Part shown: positions 34,170-48,583 of the stretch, one piece after another | Layout of the letters: each line of letters opens with the position of its first letter | Position numbering within the stretch: the stretch's first letter is position 1 | Assembly (NCBI GenBank): GCA_010093605.1 | Contig: MU004183.1 | Location: forward strand, 930,001-994,000 | Direction of reading: 5' to 3' | From: Lophium mytilinum | Taxonomy: Eukaryota | DNA: 64,000 nt | Position numbers and translations under genes: made by a program | The notes under the pieces: model-generated | Told to the model about the DNA's origin: nothing | The model's database searches: none | Seen by the model: only the letters and a program-made list of their open reading frames with translations

Positions 34170-36103
34170 ATGCCCTGCTTTCATGGCCTGGCTGTGAGCA
34201 TCCACACTCCCGATGGACCGCTTCCGGAGTACTCTATTCAGAAACAGTCTAAATTTCATCGTATAACCTCCTACATCCCCGTCCCACCGGCCAAGATCCC
34301 CTCCGGATCTACCACCAACAAGCCCGAGCAGTCTACCTTTGCCATATCTATCACGCTTTTGACGCCCGGTCTCCACGTTCCATACTCAACCCCCAAGCCA
34401 ACGCCCGACGATGCTACCCCGCGACCCAAGGTTGTAGGCAATTTGCCTGGATTCGCGAGTACTGAGCGAGGAAAGAATAGCGCCGTGATCGGACCCTACA
34501 TACCCCTCACCTCATCCACCAACGAGACCATCGCCGCCTACATATACTTCGATGGTCGTGCAAAGGAAGAGGTGGCTACACTGCTCCGGAGAGGAGAGGA
34601 GACATGGGTCAATTCGCGATGGGTCAGTGTACCCGAAGCAGAGGGCGGAGGCCTTGCCGAGCGAGAGTTTCTCTTCCGCGAGGTAGGCCTCGAGCGGTGG
34701 CTAAATGGCCTTGACTTAGAGGGCAAAGACGTCGCCGCACGAATAGAGCGGAGAAAGCAGCGCCTAGAAAAGAAGCGTAGGAAGAAGCGGGAACAACTAG
34801 GTAGCGATGAAGAGGACGAAGACGGTTTGAAGACTCCGCGCTCTCTAAAAAATGGGGTCCTTCGCTACGGCGATGACAAGAACGCGCCGGTCGAAACTCT
34901 ATCTGGAGATGAAGGACTGTTCACATCGGATTCTGACTCCGAAGATGAACCTCCTACGCCTGAAGCCGCTGGCCAGATCAAGGTCGCGCTGTTCCGGGTG
35001 CTCGCGTCCGGGGAGATCAAGCGAGGAGAATATTCGCCTCAATACGATGCACATGACGATGACGAGAACACGACACAAAACGGTAGCTCCGGAGACGGCG
35101 ATGGCGACATTGACCACACTACAAGCTTTGCGAAGCCCAAGACTCTTGACCCTAAGTCTATCAGCACTCAGACCGTGACGGGCATTGACCCCCCAGACAA
35201 GCCATATGCTGTGTTCACGTTCTTGTATAGAGGCGAGCGTAAGTCAAAACCCCTCTCCTTCCTATTTGCCGCTCGCTGACAGTAATTAGGTCAACTAAGG
35301 AAGATGGGCATACTTTCCACTCCTCCACTGGAACAGAAGACGCCAGCAAGTGCGAAGCGGAAATCCCAAGCTTTAGACTTCGCTAGCTTGAAGCCTCTGG
35401 CACCAACAGGCACAAAAGGGTTCCAAAACTATCGCGATTCTGCCGAAACCACATCGACGCCTTTGAAGCCTACGACTAACAAGAAGAAAGACACGGACAC
35501 CATGGATAGTGATTCCGATGACGAAGAGGAGGAATCGAAAATTAAAGAAGAAGAGCTTGATGATGCTGACGTAAAGCCTGGCAGCAAGGGACTGCTGTCG
35601 CCTGAAGACGCATTGTCAGAAGCGCAAATTGAAGAGGGTTTGCGCAAGGTCAAGGTGAGTTGCTCTAGTCATTTTAGTCATGGAAAGACAGTTGTCCTTG
35701 GCGAGTAGTTCCGTATTGATATATTTCACAGCTTAAACGCCAACACTCAGCTGAGCCCCTGAACTCACCGTCTCCCACTCGCAAATCACCCGCCTCGAAC
35801 AGCCCTCTGTCCGGCACTCCTGCCCCTAGCAGTCTTTCTGCGACGGCTACTGCCTCCATTCCTTCCTTGAAGCCATCCACATCCGCTTCAGCAGCTCAGT
35901 CGTCTCTGACGTCTGGCATGTCTCCCGAATCCATCATTGGAAGCCCGTTCAAGAAGCACCGGGCCAGCCTACCAGGGTTCGACGAGAGCTCCCGAAAGAG
36001 CATCGGTTTGGACCTGCTAGGTTCCAGCTCCTCGTCCAAGGATACCAAGGCGACCGGTTTCAACAGCATCAAGGGGGAAATGGACGAGGACGAGGAGTTG
36101 TGA
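34170..36103 (+). CDS. Conserved fungal hypothetical protein; 3 exons
   Basis: Long coding exons joined by canonical introns at about 35239-35289 and 35656-35732. AYIYFDG, GQIKVALFRV and FTFLYRG..L.KMGI segments; acidic and Ser-rich C-terminus. Confidence 0.82.
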
Positions 36104-37177
36104 CTTTGGCAGATTAACCTGCAACGAGCTCTTGGATAAGTCCTACATAAGAATCCTGCATACATGCAGCACATTTGGATTTCGTTCATCGGCGTTTCGA
36201 TTTCATGGGGCTCGCTGAGCTGGAGGCTCTGAGGACACACCGTTGGAGCAGTACAAAATATTCAGAACGGAAATGGTGACTGCGATAGAGACTGTAGGAG
36301 CGTGTGGCACAAGCGCGGCTAGGGTGGTTGGCTGGATCGCTGGTGATATGCATACCTTTACTACTGACGTTCAGCGACACCACATCGAAAATACCATACC
36401 ACACGACCTTTCATGATTCTTCTCTTGGCGGCTGTCTTTTCTCGACTCTTCTTCCCTGGGTTACGAGATTGCTGGTTGCGGTCTTCTGGCGAGCGGCGGC
36501 TATTCACAATTTTTGATCTCGGCGCCGCGGAGATAAACTATACTTTGCCTTCTCTTTTCTCTTGTGTCATGGGGCGATGGGAGTATGGAAGGTGGAAGGG
36601 GAATGGTGGGATGGGCTTCCGTGCATATGTTGTTTCGATCCGAAAGACTTGACATTGACGAATTGAGTTGAGTGGGCGGAAGGCTGCTTTGGTGGTTGGC
36701 ATGTTGTCATGTGTGTTGCATAAACCGTCTGTGGACACATAGAAGAACCGCTCGCTGAGGGGTTCTATAAAATATCTTTTGAAGTGATGGAGTGCGCTAC
36801 TGCTATGAAAATGTGTGAAAACTAGATGCTATAGTTATATTTAGGCCAATTAAGAGGAGCCTCCTTGATGTTCGAGTACGCCTTGCACTGCGGCATGCGA
36901 ACCCGATCTCCAGCTCACCTTCTCAAGGCCACAAGCCACTTATATTCTGGACAAGCATCACCCTTGAATGCAGAGTTCGCCCAAAAACGTGACAGCGCGC
37001 TTTCGCGTCGATCACTCGGCCGCCCAATCCTTAGAGCCCTTCCATCCATCTCATAATCCATCCACTCCATCAACTTTTCCCACTAGACCGAAACAACAGG
37101 CTTTTCCATATATTCCTCCGATTTCTCGACTATCCCGCTTCCCCACATCATGCAAATTTGAACGGGGAGAAGCTGCG

Positions 37178-38420
37178 ATGCCGCCACCTAAGAGAAATCT
37201 CCTCCTGGCCTTCGACGCCTTCGGCACGCTGTTTACACCGCGCGCGCCTATCGCGGAGCAGTACGGGGAGGTGGCGCGGCGGTATGGGGTTGCTGTGGGG
37301 TATCAGCAATTGGGGGAGAGCTTTAGAAGGGGTGAGTCTGATTGGACTTGGTGGTTTAGGAGAATGGAATGGGATGGATTGGGCTAATTGAGCGGGTACT
37401 GCAGTGTTTAAGGAGGAGGCAAAGGAACGGCCGAATTATGGGAAGGCGGTTGGAATGGGGGCGAGGGCGTGGTGGGGTGGGGTGAGTGTGGTCTTTTATT
37501 TCTCATGTTGTTTCATGCCTTTTGTGATGGCTTCGATGGCCTCTGTTTGGCCGAAGAATTGTGCTCTATGTTTCCTTAATCGATCGTTCAAACTCCAAGC
37601 ATAGTTCTCTTTATTCCTTCATATATCTACTGCGGAAAGACTTCGTGTATTCATTTATCCATTCATTCGATCATCAATCAATCAACCCTCCCTAACACCC
37701 CACCCCCAGGTCATAACCAAAACCCTCACCCCCTTCCTCGCCAAAGACCAACCCCTCCCCGACGCCCTCATCTCCGACCTCCTCACCCGCTTCTCTACCG
37801 AGAAGGGCTACATCCTCTACCCCGACGTCCTCCCCTTCTTCCAGAAACTCCGGGACCTTAAAGCCCAACGCTCGGGTTTCAGACCCACAAACGACCCCTG
37901 GCGCTGGGACCGCACCGTCGTCGGCGTCATCACCAACTCCGACGACCGCGTGCCTGGGATCCTCGCGTCGTTGGGGTTGAGAGTCGGACCGAGGAGGTTC
38001 GGCGTGGCTAGCAGCGTGCAGAGATTCGAGTTTGAGAAGAAGGTGGGCGATGATATTAGCTTTGTGGTTATGAGCTATGATGTTGGGTTTGAGAAGCCGG
38101 ATCGGAGGATGTTTGATGCTGCGAAAGAGTTGCTGAGGGAGACGTTGGCGGAGAGCGATGCGAGTGTGACGGAAGAAGATGTGGAGGATTTCCAGATGCT
38201 GTATGTTGGCGATGATGTGCGGAAGGACTACTTTGGTGCTGGGAGCGCGGGATGGTCTGCTGTGGTTGTTGATCGGGAAGAGCGGTTTGCGGAGGAGCTG
38301 GAAGGGAAGGCTGTGGCGATGGTGGAGACGAGGATTGAGGGGGATAAGGAGGAAGATCCGTTCAGGAAGGTGGCGGTGATAAAGGATTTGCGGAGTCTGT
38401 ATGGCACCGTGGAGAACTGA
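37178..38420 (+). CDS. HAD-superfamily hydrolase (HDHD3/REG-2-like); 3 exons
   Basis: Motif I LAFDAFGTL, motif II GVITNSDDR, SYDVGFEKPD and motif IV YVGDDVRKD. Confidence 0.9.
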
Positions 38421-39196
38421 GGGTGGCTGTAGTTATACATAGTGTATTGAGTAGAAGTTGTTGGACGGATTTCCTCCAGGTTCCAGTGAATGGAAACTGT
38501 TTGAGTAGGCGTTTGGGGCTAGCTTGCTTATGTTTGAGTCTTTCCTGTACAAACCCAATTTGGGTATATTAGATGAGTCTTTTCCTTCATAGTAGAATAA
38601 CGATTTCAGACTCAATTCTTCTATCCTTTGAATCCGTTCAATTTGGTAGCTCAGTTGGTTGTTCACCGATTCGCCGGGGCCCATCCACCCTATCAGGGGG
38701 TGTAAAACATCTGCTCGCTCGCCACCCACAACCATTCACCACTTGCACCTACCCACCACGCGCGTTACCATTGCCGGCAAATGAATCCGATCAGCTGCAT
38801 CCATGACTGAGAAGCAGATGAATCCGTTTTGCCACGAGCTAGCGAGCCGTGAGCTTGAGAGCCTGTTATTGGAATATCCGAGAACCTGTGGAGAGCCTGT
38901 CGGGATGTGATTATGCAAAGGAAGGGCAGGAGATGGAGGACAAGGAAGAGAGAATGGGGGTGGCATTCACCAGAAAGCTGTCCATCGCGGAGGAAGGGGA
39001 GCCAGCATTCACATCGAGAAGGGAGCCAAGAGTATAGTTTGTGGTTTTCCGGGGGAGTGTTGGACTGAAAAGCCCCAAACAATATTGGATAAGACAAGCT
39101 GTTTGAGACAATTAGATACAAACCCATCTGTAGGCTATATCAGATCAATCAACCCCCTCCTAACGGAGGGTATGGGTTTCCGAATTTCAACAGAAG

Positions 39197-40352
39197 TCAG
39201 ACCGGCTTCCGCAGCGCAAGGATATCTGCCAGCTTGACGTCCCCCTTTCCACCCCAGCCAGCAACCCCATTCTCGACGTCCGGTCGTACGCGGACGTACC
39301 AGGACCAAGCGCGTCTGTTCAACTCAGCAGTCTCAAGCGTAGACCACGATTGATAGAGCAAATCCAGAGCTCGTAGTAGAAGCCCAAGATTCCGTTCTTT
39401 TTCCGCCGCCTTCGACGCATTGGACTGCTTCTTCCCTTCAGATGCCCCCTCCACCTTAACCCCCACAGTCCCCAGCTCAAAGGACTTCAGCAAGTAAGCT
39501 CTCGCCCCCTGCGCCGTGTAAATCGGCAACTGCCCCGCCCCAGCCCCATGCGTCAGCGGCCCATTATGCTTCTTCAGCTTCTCCAAATCCAAGCCCCATA
39601 GCGCTGGCTTCACATCTTCGGGGACACTACTCTCCTCATTTACAGTCTCCTGCGTAGCACCCGCCTCGTCTTTGACATCCCACTCGTACCCCCACCGCTT
39701 CATCACCCTGATTTCGCGCCCCATGATCTTCACAACAGGCTGCCCTTCCCCCCACCTCTCCTCTTCAGCGCTCTTCCCGCTCTCGAGCCCAATACTCACA
39801 GCTTTAGTCCTACTATTCGCACTCACAACCGCTTGCGCAAGGCTAAGCCTGCTCGACACCGGTTGCTCCGGCATCGTATACTTAACCAACGCCACCGCGA
39901 ACGCCAGGACCAGCGGCGCGCGATTGGTAAAAAGAACCACACCCCCCAACTCCTCTTCCTCGGCAGCGGATTCCGGCAGCGCGAGCGACTCTTCCAGTGC
40001 AGCAGGCGTGAGCGGCTCGCCGTACGACGGTTTCGCTTTCTTGACAGGCGTTGGGGGGCCGCCACCATCAGTAGCGCCTCGCTTTTTAGATACGCGTTTC
40101 GCGGCGCTGAGGATTTGTTTTGAGAGCTTTTCGTCTGTGAAGATAGCTTTCACGGCGTCTAGTTTTGATTTTGAGATCTCGGCGGGGCTGGAATGGGTTA
40201 GAAGGGGATGGGGGTTGGTTGAGGCAAGTGGCTTACGTGCCAAGACCGGCGGTTTGGAGGTCTTTGATCTTGCTCATTGCGAGTGCGAGGGGGAGTTTGG
40301 CGTCTTGGGAGAGGAAGCGGAGGAGGGATTGGATGGCGGCTGCGTTGGACAT
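39197..40352 (-). CDS. Conserved fungal hypothetical protein; 2 exons
   Basis: MSNAAAIQSLLRFLSQDAKLPL exon and a GTAAGC..CAG intron; TNRAPLVLAF, SRLSLAQAVV and AWSWYVRVRPDV..GWGGKG conserved-looking blocks. Confidence 0.82.
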
Positions 40353-40755
40353 TTTGGGATCTTGGTGAGGGGGGATGATGGGAGAGGAGTAGAATTGGTT
40401 TAGGTGATGATGATGGAAGGCATTCACTGGTCTGAGCGTTGCGCTTGGGTGGTTTGGGGATAGCGCAGTGGCTGTTGCCTATATAAACACAGGGTGTCTG
40501 GGATCCATTGAACAACTCAAAAGTCCATTGGGGCACCTCTTACACCGTTAACCAGGATATATTTGGTCAGGAAAGAGAGCTTTCTGATTCAAACCGTTTC
40601 ATTCATGACATCCATCACGCAGCTCAAAAGTCCACAGGGGGCACCTCTCACAGCGTCAAGCGCACGTCAATCATCAACGCCACAGCTTTTGATTCGAACT
40701 ATCTCTCGATTGCACCCAAACACGCCTCCGGAATCTCCACTGCCTCAATCCAGAC

Positions 40756-43331
40756 CTAAAACTGCCCCAGAGTCACCCCACAGTCCTTCAGCGCTTGTGG
40801 CGCTACAAACTCCCCCCTCTCCCGCCTCGACTCCCTCTCCCACTCCCAAAAACCCAACACCACGCCCTCTAAAACACCCGCCACCATCTCCACTGCATCC
40901 TCCCCACGCCTCCGCTCAGCACAGATCCTGGCCACAATCTTCTCGCTCGCCAAACTGAGCTCCACGTACTCCGGCTTTGGCGCCTGCACCGCCCGGCTCA
41001 GCCACCCCCGGAAGCGCGACAGCACCTCCAACTTCTCTTCTCCCGACACCAGATCTAGGGCGCCGATCTGGCGCACTGTGCGCTCGAGCTTTGAATCAGG
41101 GCCGAAACAGGAACGAAGCAGTTCGAGAGCGGGATCCAGAGGCAAAGCAAGACGCTTTTGGCCGCGTGTTCGCAGCATTGACGAGTCCCTCGCGTTGACA
41201 GCGAACTTGGAAAGCGGGACCCCGATCTGAAGGAAGTAGCGGCGCAGCATCTCGAACGGGGCGGTGGGCGGAGCGGAGCCGCCGAAGATCTTCGCGCAGT
41301 GCAGATCGCAGAGGGATTGCATCGCGGGCCACGGGGTCGGGAGGGCGTTGAGGTGCTTCGCTGCGTTGTGGAGGTGTGCAGCGGCGAGGAAGGAGGGGGC
41401 GCAGTTGGCGATGGTGAGGCCGAACCATTCCATCTGCACCGTGATCTTGAAGCTCATCGTTCCGCAGAAGATGGGGTTCTGGTTTAGGAGGTGGTGGAGA
41501 TCGGAGGAGGGTTCAATGCCCTTTGCCTCCACTGAGGCACTCCTGCCAGTGGCATCGTGAGGGGAATAGACAAGCGTGCGGGAGCCGGATTGGGGGCGCT
41601 GGGTGGAGGTCGCTAGGAGCTTACGCTTCGTGGTTGTAAGTTCGTCAACATCTCCCTTGAGCGTGTGCTCTAGGTCTAAGAAGTTGTCTCGGTTTCGCGG
41701 GCCAAAGAGGGCGCTTATGTCGTTACTTATGCCGAAAGCGTCCTGGAATGTCTGCTTCGCGGTGCTTATTTGACCCAAAAGCTCCACGTGACCTCGGTTG
41801 CTCGAGAACGCTAAGGTGGAGTGAATGTCTAGGAGAAGGCGTGCAGCGAAGACGGTACAGATTGTCAGCTTCATGTCCCCTTTGCGTTGGACAGCGCGTA
41901 GCTCTTTTGTGACTTCATCCATCGAAAAGCGGCTGTACTTGGTGGCTGATAGGCTATGTTTAGGAACTAGGTCCCAATACGTCATTAGGTGGACGTCCAT
42001 CAGCATTTGCGTGAGAAATTCGTCTTCTTTCTTCCACTGCTGGACTGACGCTTCGGCCTGTAGTTCTGGAAAGTCGACGTAGTAATCGGCGACAGACATG
42101 ACCGGGAAGGGGTAGCAATGGTACAGAGCTGAGAGGCTCTGCAAAATGGGACATTGTTAGCATTTTAAGGGACAGGGTGCAATTTGGATGCACGAAGACT
42201 GCTCTCGATACTTACGCCTCGGTACTTCATGATCGTACGTGCCGTGGACAGATACACGAACTCATCGGTCTCCGAGATCTCTGGGGTACCCTCGCCGTGG
42301 GACTGGGTTGTCGGACCTTCGTCTTTTTCACGCCGATTGGTGGTGAAGATAGCCTTCGTGATCTGCTCGTAGGGTCCAGGCTTTGAGAGCTTCTTCAGGT
42401 TCTTGTTCGCAAGCTTGTCCTCATCCATGCCCTGTCCGTCTGACCTATCGCGCATCACCTTCAAAGACATGAGGTCAATCTTGCCGCACTCGTACTTGTG
42501 CCACGCTTCGTCGGGGTACTTGGCTAAAAGAGCCTGCTCGGAGTTTCGGATCACGTCCACTGCGAGGTTGGTCGTCATAGCCGCCGTCTGCAGATCTAGC
42601 TCCTTCTTCTGGTACTTTTCCCACGTTTCGCGAATGAATTGACGAACGAGGTGCGTGTCTTCGAAGAAGCAGTGGACGATGAAGTCGAGGCGTGCATCCT
42701 CTTCCTCCTCAATTTCCCACACTTTCTCGGGTCTCTTGCTAGGCTTTGTGGGCTTCTTCCCCTCTTCTTCACCATCTTCATAGTCTGTCTCTGATTCCCA
42801 CAATGTCTCCTCAAGTTCAAGTGCAGCAAAGAGATTGGGCAGGGAGGAGGTGCTGGGCTCTTCTAGGGCTTCTTCAGACTTACGCTTAGACTTCAGGGTC
42901 TTAGGGGCAGTAGCCGGGACGCAAAGCGGCTCGAGAAGTGTCAGAGCTCTCTCAAGGACCTCCGTGAAGTAGGCATGGCGTTGGTTTGAATGCCCATTAT
43001 CGAAGCCGGTTGTCGTGAACCACGTTGTAAAGCGCGTTCTAGCGTCGATGGCGCGTCGCAGCTTTCGCAGGACTTTGTGCGGCACCTTGACTCCGGGCGG
43101 AGGAGAGTTTGCGATAATCTCGGCTTGCTGGACGAGTTCCTCTGTGGTGAACGTATTCGCGGTCGTGACATTCTTCTTTGCGCGCTTCTTGGCCTTGCCT
43201 TTGCCTTTGCCGGTCGACTTCGTCTGCACTTTCAGCTGGAAGCCGCAGCTTTCCGCAGACTGAGCGAGCCAAGTCGCGAACGCGGCGGTGTCTTCCTTGT
43301 AGCGTTGGTAACATCCGGGATACGCGGACAT
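40756..43331 (-). CDS. DUF6604-like fungal protein; 2 exons
   Basis: N-terminal YQRYKEDTAAFATWL, LRRAIDARTRFTTWF and SNQRHAYFTEVLE; C-terminal NPIFCG and AAHLHNA; in-phase intron 42215-42139. Confidence 0.8.
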
Positions 43332-44906
43332 GATGGCGATGGGCGTTGTATGAGCGTGTGCGTGGAGAGAAGGGTTGTCTTGAAAGTTGAAGGAGAGGAC
43401 GAGAGGAGTAGAGGGTACGCGGCTCATAAAGAGATGGAGGGATGAAGGTGGGAGGGTGAAGGTGGTGGACGTCGCGCAGCCGACTTTTCACCACGTCAAC
43501 ACGCCTTTGCCCTCGTGACAGACCTCCTCCAGACTCACCGCTCAGCGACGGTAGCGGGTAGGGTCGGTTGTGCGTCACATGATGGAGACTCTCGTAGCAG
43601 TCAGGAACAAGGAGTAAGGCCGGCTGTTCAGGGGAGTCTGTATTATGATCCCCCTAGCCATATAAAAGGCTATTCCTAACCCTGCCGTTTGATGATGGAA
43701 TCGTACTGTATGAGGTACTTCAGCGCATGATAAAAGATCTAGAACGAATGGAAAGCTTGTTCCCTCCTGAATTAGACTCATGCCTGCGCTGTTCCATTTG
43801 TTCCCACTTCACAGTGTCTGAAGTGCACTGGCACATCATATATCCTCGGGTGGGATGCAATCTTCGTTGCCTCGCGATACAGACTGTTGGCTCAACTGCC
43901 GTATTCGCACTCGTCTGAAGCTACCTGAAGTGCTCTAGGGTACCGATAGGACATCAGGTCCATTCCCTTGTGATTTGGCCTGGAACTCGAGCGCCACTAT
44001 TATACCCCTTTTGACGCTGCCTGAAGTACCCTGGCGCTTCACGGAAATTTCGAGCGGGATGTAAGGTTGATTGACTTGAAATTCAGGGCGAGGTCTGAAC
44101 AGGTCGTTTTACACCTCTTGAACGCCGTTGGAGGGCCCTCAATACACCGTAAAACCACCAACTCTGATCCGGTTTGATAACGCACGATATGATTACTATA
44201 CCACGAAAGATGCTGGAATTGTTGGTTGAAAGTGACTGCGGTTCAGATTCTGAAACAGACTACATGACAAACGAGAAAGTATGAATCAACCAACGTAACT
44301 TACATATCAGGAGCGATACAGAATGACTTTTCGTCTAAGATTTCCCGGTTAATTGTCACTGTACGTGATAGCATATAAGACAACCCTGCGAATTAGACAC
44401 CATCCAAGATGTTAGACATACGCCTTTTCCATATCTCGAAAAGGTCTGAGGCACCTTAAGCGGTGCCAGAGGTATGAGACCATTTGAGAGGCGTGGCTTC
44501 CCAGTGCCAGTTTGCTGCAAGGCTGAGTTCCTCGAATCTTGGACTCAGGAAGAGGCACGCCGGGCCTTGCCACGAAACGGCACCCTCGGGTCCACACAAG
44601 GTACAATATAAATAGAGTTGCTCGTTTTAGAAGAGAGTTTCTGGAAGACTGCGCCCCACGAAAAGATGTTGGCTTCTCCTGAATATATTGGATGTCAGGA
44701 CAGATAGACGTGCTTGGCGCCACTAGACTCGGGACCTCCGCCGCGCTTTGAAATACTGGCAGGGTCCAAAGGACACCTTGCTTTCACCACCAATTATCCG
44801 ACCACCCCAATAAAAGGCCCCTCCTCTCCATTGCTGCATCTTCACACACACTCTCCCATACATACACCACCTTTTATTCTCTATATACACTCTCCACAGC
44901 TTCACA

Positions 44907-46583
44907 ATGCGCGGCTTCGCAAAGTGTGTTGCCCTCGGGCTCATTGGAGCTGCCGTCGCCTCAGATGTTCACCAGCTCACTAAGGACACATTCGCCTCGT
45001 TTGTGGAGGAGAACGACCTCGTCCTCGCAGAGTGTAAGTCAATCACGTCCGCGACTCGGTTTAGCTTCACAACGCTCATCACTTATAGTCTTCGCCCCAT
45101 GGTGTGGACACTGCAAGGCGCTTGCCCCCGAGTACGAGACCGCCGCCACAACATTGAAGGAGAAGAACATTGCGCTGGCAAAGATTGACTGCACAGAGGA
45201 GTCAGAGCTGTGTCAGGAGTATGGTGTTGAGGGTTATCCCACCCTGAAGGTGTTCCGCGGACCGGAAAACATCTCCCCATTTACTGGTCAACGAAAGTCG
45301 GATGCGTACGTTTGCAAATGCAGAAGCTATCGACCCGACGCGAGGCTAACAACAGACTAGCATTATCTCTTACATGACCAAGCAAGGTCTCCCATCCGTC
45401 TCTGTCTTGGACAAGGAGACAATTGAGGGCTTCAAGACCTCCGACAAGGTCGTCCTTGTCGCCTACTTCGCCGCCGATGATAAGGCATCAAACGAGACCT
45501 TCGCCGAGGTCGCCAACAGCCTACGGGATAACTATCTTTTCGGCGCTACCAACGACGCTGAGCTGGCTAAGGCTGAGGGCGTGAAGCAGCCGTCCATCGT
45601 TCTATACAAGACTTTCGATGAGGGCAAAGACACGTTCTCCGAGACCTTCACTAAGGCGAACGTCGAGGACTTCATCAAGGTCGCAGCTGTTCCTCTCGTG
45701 GGTGAGGTTGGCCCAGAGACATACGGTGGCTACATGGCTGTAAGTTGAATACTAGCTATCAGAAGAACACCAGACGCTAATGCAGCAACAGGCCGGTATT
45801 CCTCTCGCCTACATCTTCGCCGAGACCGCCGAGGAGCGTGAGGAGCTCGCCAAGGAGTTCAAGCCCCTTGCTACTAAGCACAAGGGTGCCATCAACTTCG
45901 CCACCATCGACGCCAAAGCCTTCGGACAACACGCTGCTAACCTCAACCTCGAGGTCAACAAGTTCCCTGCTTTCGCCATTCAGAAGACCGATAAGAACGA
46001 GAAGTACCCATACCATGAGGCAGGAAAGCTCGTGATCAAGGACATTGGCAAATTCGTTGATGACTTCGTTGCCGGAAAAGTCGAGCCCAGCATCAAGTCT
46101 GAGCCGATTCCCGAGAAGCAGGAGGGCCCCGTCACCGTCGTCGTCGCCAAGAACTACGCAAATGAGGTTATCGACAACGACAAGGACGTCCTCATCGAGT
46201 TCTACGCCCCGTGGTGCGGTCACTGCAAGGCTCTCGCCCCCAAGTATGAGGAGCTCGCCGCCATGTACTCTTCGTCTGAGCTTTCCAAGCTGGTCACCGT
46301 CGCTAAGGTCGATGCCACCCTCAATGATGTCCCCGATGAGATTCAAGGCTTCCCTACCATCAAGCTCTACGCCGCTGGCAAGAAGGACTCTCCTATTGAG
46401 TACAGTGGCTCCCGCACCGTCGAGGACCTCGCTGCCTTCATCAAGGATAACGGCTCTCACCACGCTGAGGCTGGCGAGCCCGAGACCGTCGAGCTCCGTG
46501 ACGAATCTGAGATGCCCGAGCAGGCGCCTGCTGCTACTGAGGTGGCAGACGATACGCTCAACGATATGCACGATGAGTTGTAA
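44907..46583 (+). CDS. PDI1: Protein disulfide-isomerase; 4 exons
   Basis: Signal peptide, two APWCGHCK thioredoxin active sites, and C-terminal HDEL. Confidence 0.97.
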
Positions 46584-47540
46584 ATGCATTTTCATTCTTG
46601 TCTATTTCTTTATCTAGCTAGCTCCTTGGATGCACCCTGAAATCCTTTCAACGCGTGCATCTAACTTGTATTATGTCCGCTTCAGCTTGAACTAAGTCGA
46701 CGCCGCATCGGTGATGGAGCGAGGATGGTCGATGACGATGGACGAGGACTTGGCGGAAAAGACTGCAAATGCTGAGGTTATGGCTCTCGGGTATCGGTTA
46801 TGGGGCTTACGGATCGGCTTTTCATTTGGGGTTTCGCGCTGTGCTACGAAATTCATCCTTAGGGCAAGGCAATGGATAGCGCTCGATGTTCATCTTTGAT
46901 GTACTTTCGCGATCAAACACGTGATGTATTTGTGATATGCTCAATCAATACTATCAGTACGACCAGTGCACAACTCTTGCGCTAGCCAAATTGAATCATA
47001 CGTTTCGTGCCCTGATCTGATTTGCCCAATGAATCGCAACCTCACGTCAGCGTCTTCACCGTCAACTTTGGAACACAGGGTCCATGGGGCACATAGCCAC
47101 CCGCGATCCTTGGTGCTGGTAAGTAAACGAGAGAGGTGATTGTGATCTTTCTCTAAAACTCATCCCCACCACAATGCTCGTTCCGTTTCTTCGCGTCTTC
47201 TCTCTACCTAGGTAGCCAGGACTCAGGAAGGAGGTACACGATCGAACGGTCTGTTGGCGCCTGAGACTAGCAAGCTGAGCCACCTCGACACTATTTTAAA
47301 GCGTTTCCCACCCCACACGGCCTGACGGACGACGCGGGCCGAACTTTACGACCTCGACTCTTCTACCTTACACGAATTGCCAAGGCAGCAACGGAGTAAC
47401 GCCCGGCGATAAGTACGTACAGTAAACGTCCACGACAAAGCCAACCCAACCTACCTACAAAGGCATCTCCCACACCCATCCTCAACCCCCGGATCAGTCC
47501 CCAGAAAAAGATCCCCCGCCCGCCAACCCATCCCATCCCG

Positions 47541-48583
47541 ATGCGCGACCCGTTCCCCGTCCCGCCATGGCTCAGCGCCGCGGTGCAGCCGCTCACCAAG
47601 GCGCTGCACCTGAACACGCTGCACCTGCACATCCACGAAGTCATACTAATCTACCTCTTCTACACGCTCATCAACTCGACCGTGTCGCCGGCGGTGTCGT
47701 CGCGGCTCCTCGGCGCCAAGTACGACGCCTGGCCGCGGCGCACGCAGCTGGGGTGGAACATGCACGTCACGGCGTTCCTGAACTCGCTCGTGCTGTCGGG
47801 CGCGGCGCTTTACGTCATCTTCTTCGATTTGGACCGCGCGCACGAGACGTGGGAGGACCGCATCTGGGGCTACACGGGCCTGGGCGGGCTGGTGCAGGCG
47901 GTCGGCGCTGGGTACTTTGTGTGGGATGTGCAGGTGTGCGTTGCGAATTTCAATGTGTTGGGGGTTGTGGATTTGCTGCATGCGTTGGTGGCAGCTGGGA
48001 TTAGTGTTATGGGTTATGTATGTGATGCGTTTTTCTTTCTTTCTGGGATCGAGCAAGGTTCTCTGTTTTGTGGTCTTGATCTAGATGGTGTGGGAGCGGA
48101 GGTGTGTTTTTATGGGTGGATGCTGACGGGGAACAGTATCCTTTTGGGCTGTATTATGGCATGCACTACGCCCTCATCGAGCTCTCAACCCCCTTCGCCA
48201 ACATCCACTGGTTCCTCAACAAGCTCGGCCAAGCCGGCTCGCGGGTCCAGGTCATCAACGGCATGCTGCTCATCACGACGTTCTTCACCTGCCGCCTGGT
48301 GTGGGGATCGTATCTCACCTTCGTGTTCTTCCGCGACGTCTGGACGGCACTGCACGCCGAGCAGTCTCATCAAACGACGTATGTCCTGGATGCAAAGGTG
48401 CAGTCGCTAGATTTAGAGCACCGAGCACCATGGTGGCTCGCCTGCCTCTTCATGGTCACGAACTCAGTGGTCATGGGATTGAGTACCTTCTGGTTCGTGA
48501 AGATGGTGGATACGGTGCGGAGGCACTCTTCGGGAGAGAGGGAAGGGGTGAAGACTGTGAAGGTGAAGGTCAAGGCGTTGTAG
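47541..48583 (+). CDS. TLC (TRAM/LAG1/CLN8) domain membrane protein, TDA4/TMEM56-like; 2 exons
   Basis: WEDRIWGYTG, AGYFVWD, ELSTPFANIHWF and TFFTCRLVWG; intron 48018-48136; C-terminal KVKAL fits the KxKxx ER-retrieval pattern. Confidence 0.9.

Noticed and set aside
44680..44720. UPR element upstream of PDI1 (ATTGG...GACGTG)
   Set aside because: Biologically expected, but the match is too short and does not fit a defined consensus well enough to call.
45777..46595. 272-aa antisense ORF over PDI1 (similar cases at 17882-18796, 39672-40403 and 3686-4372)
   Set aside because: These are shadow ORFs expected from GC-rich codon bias on the opposite strand, with no recognisable domains.
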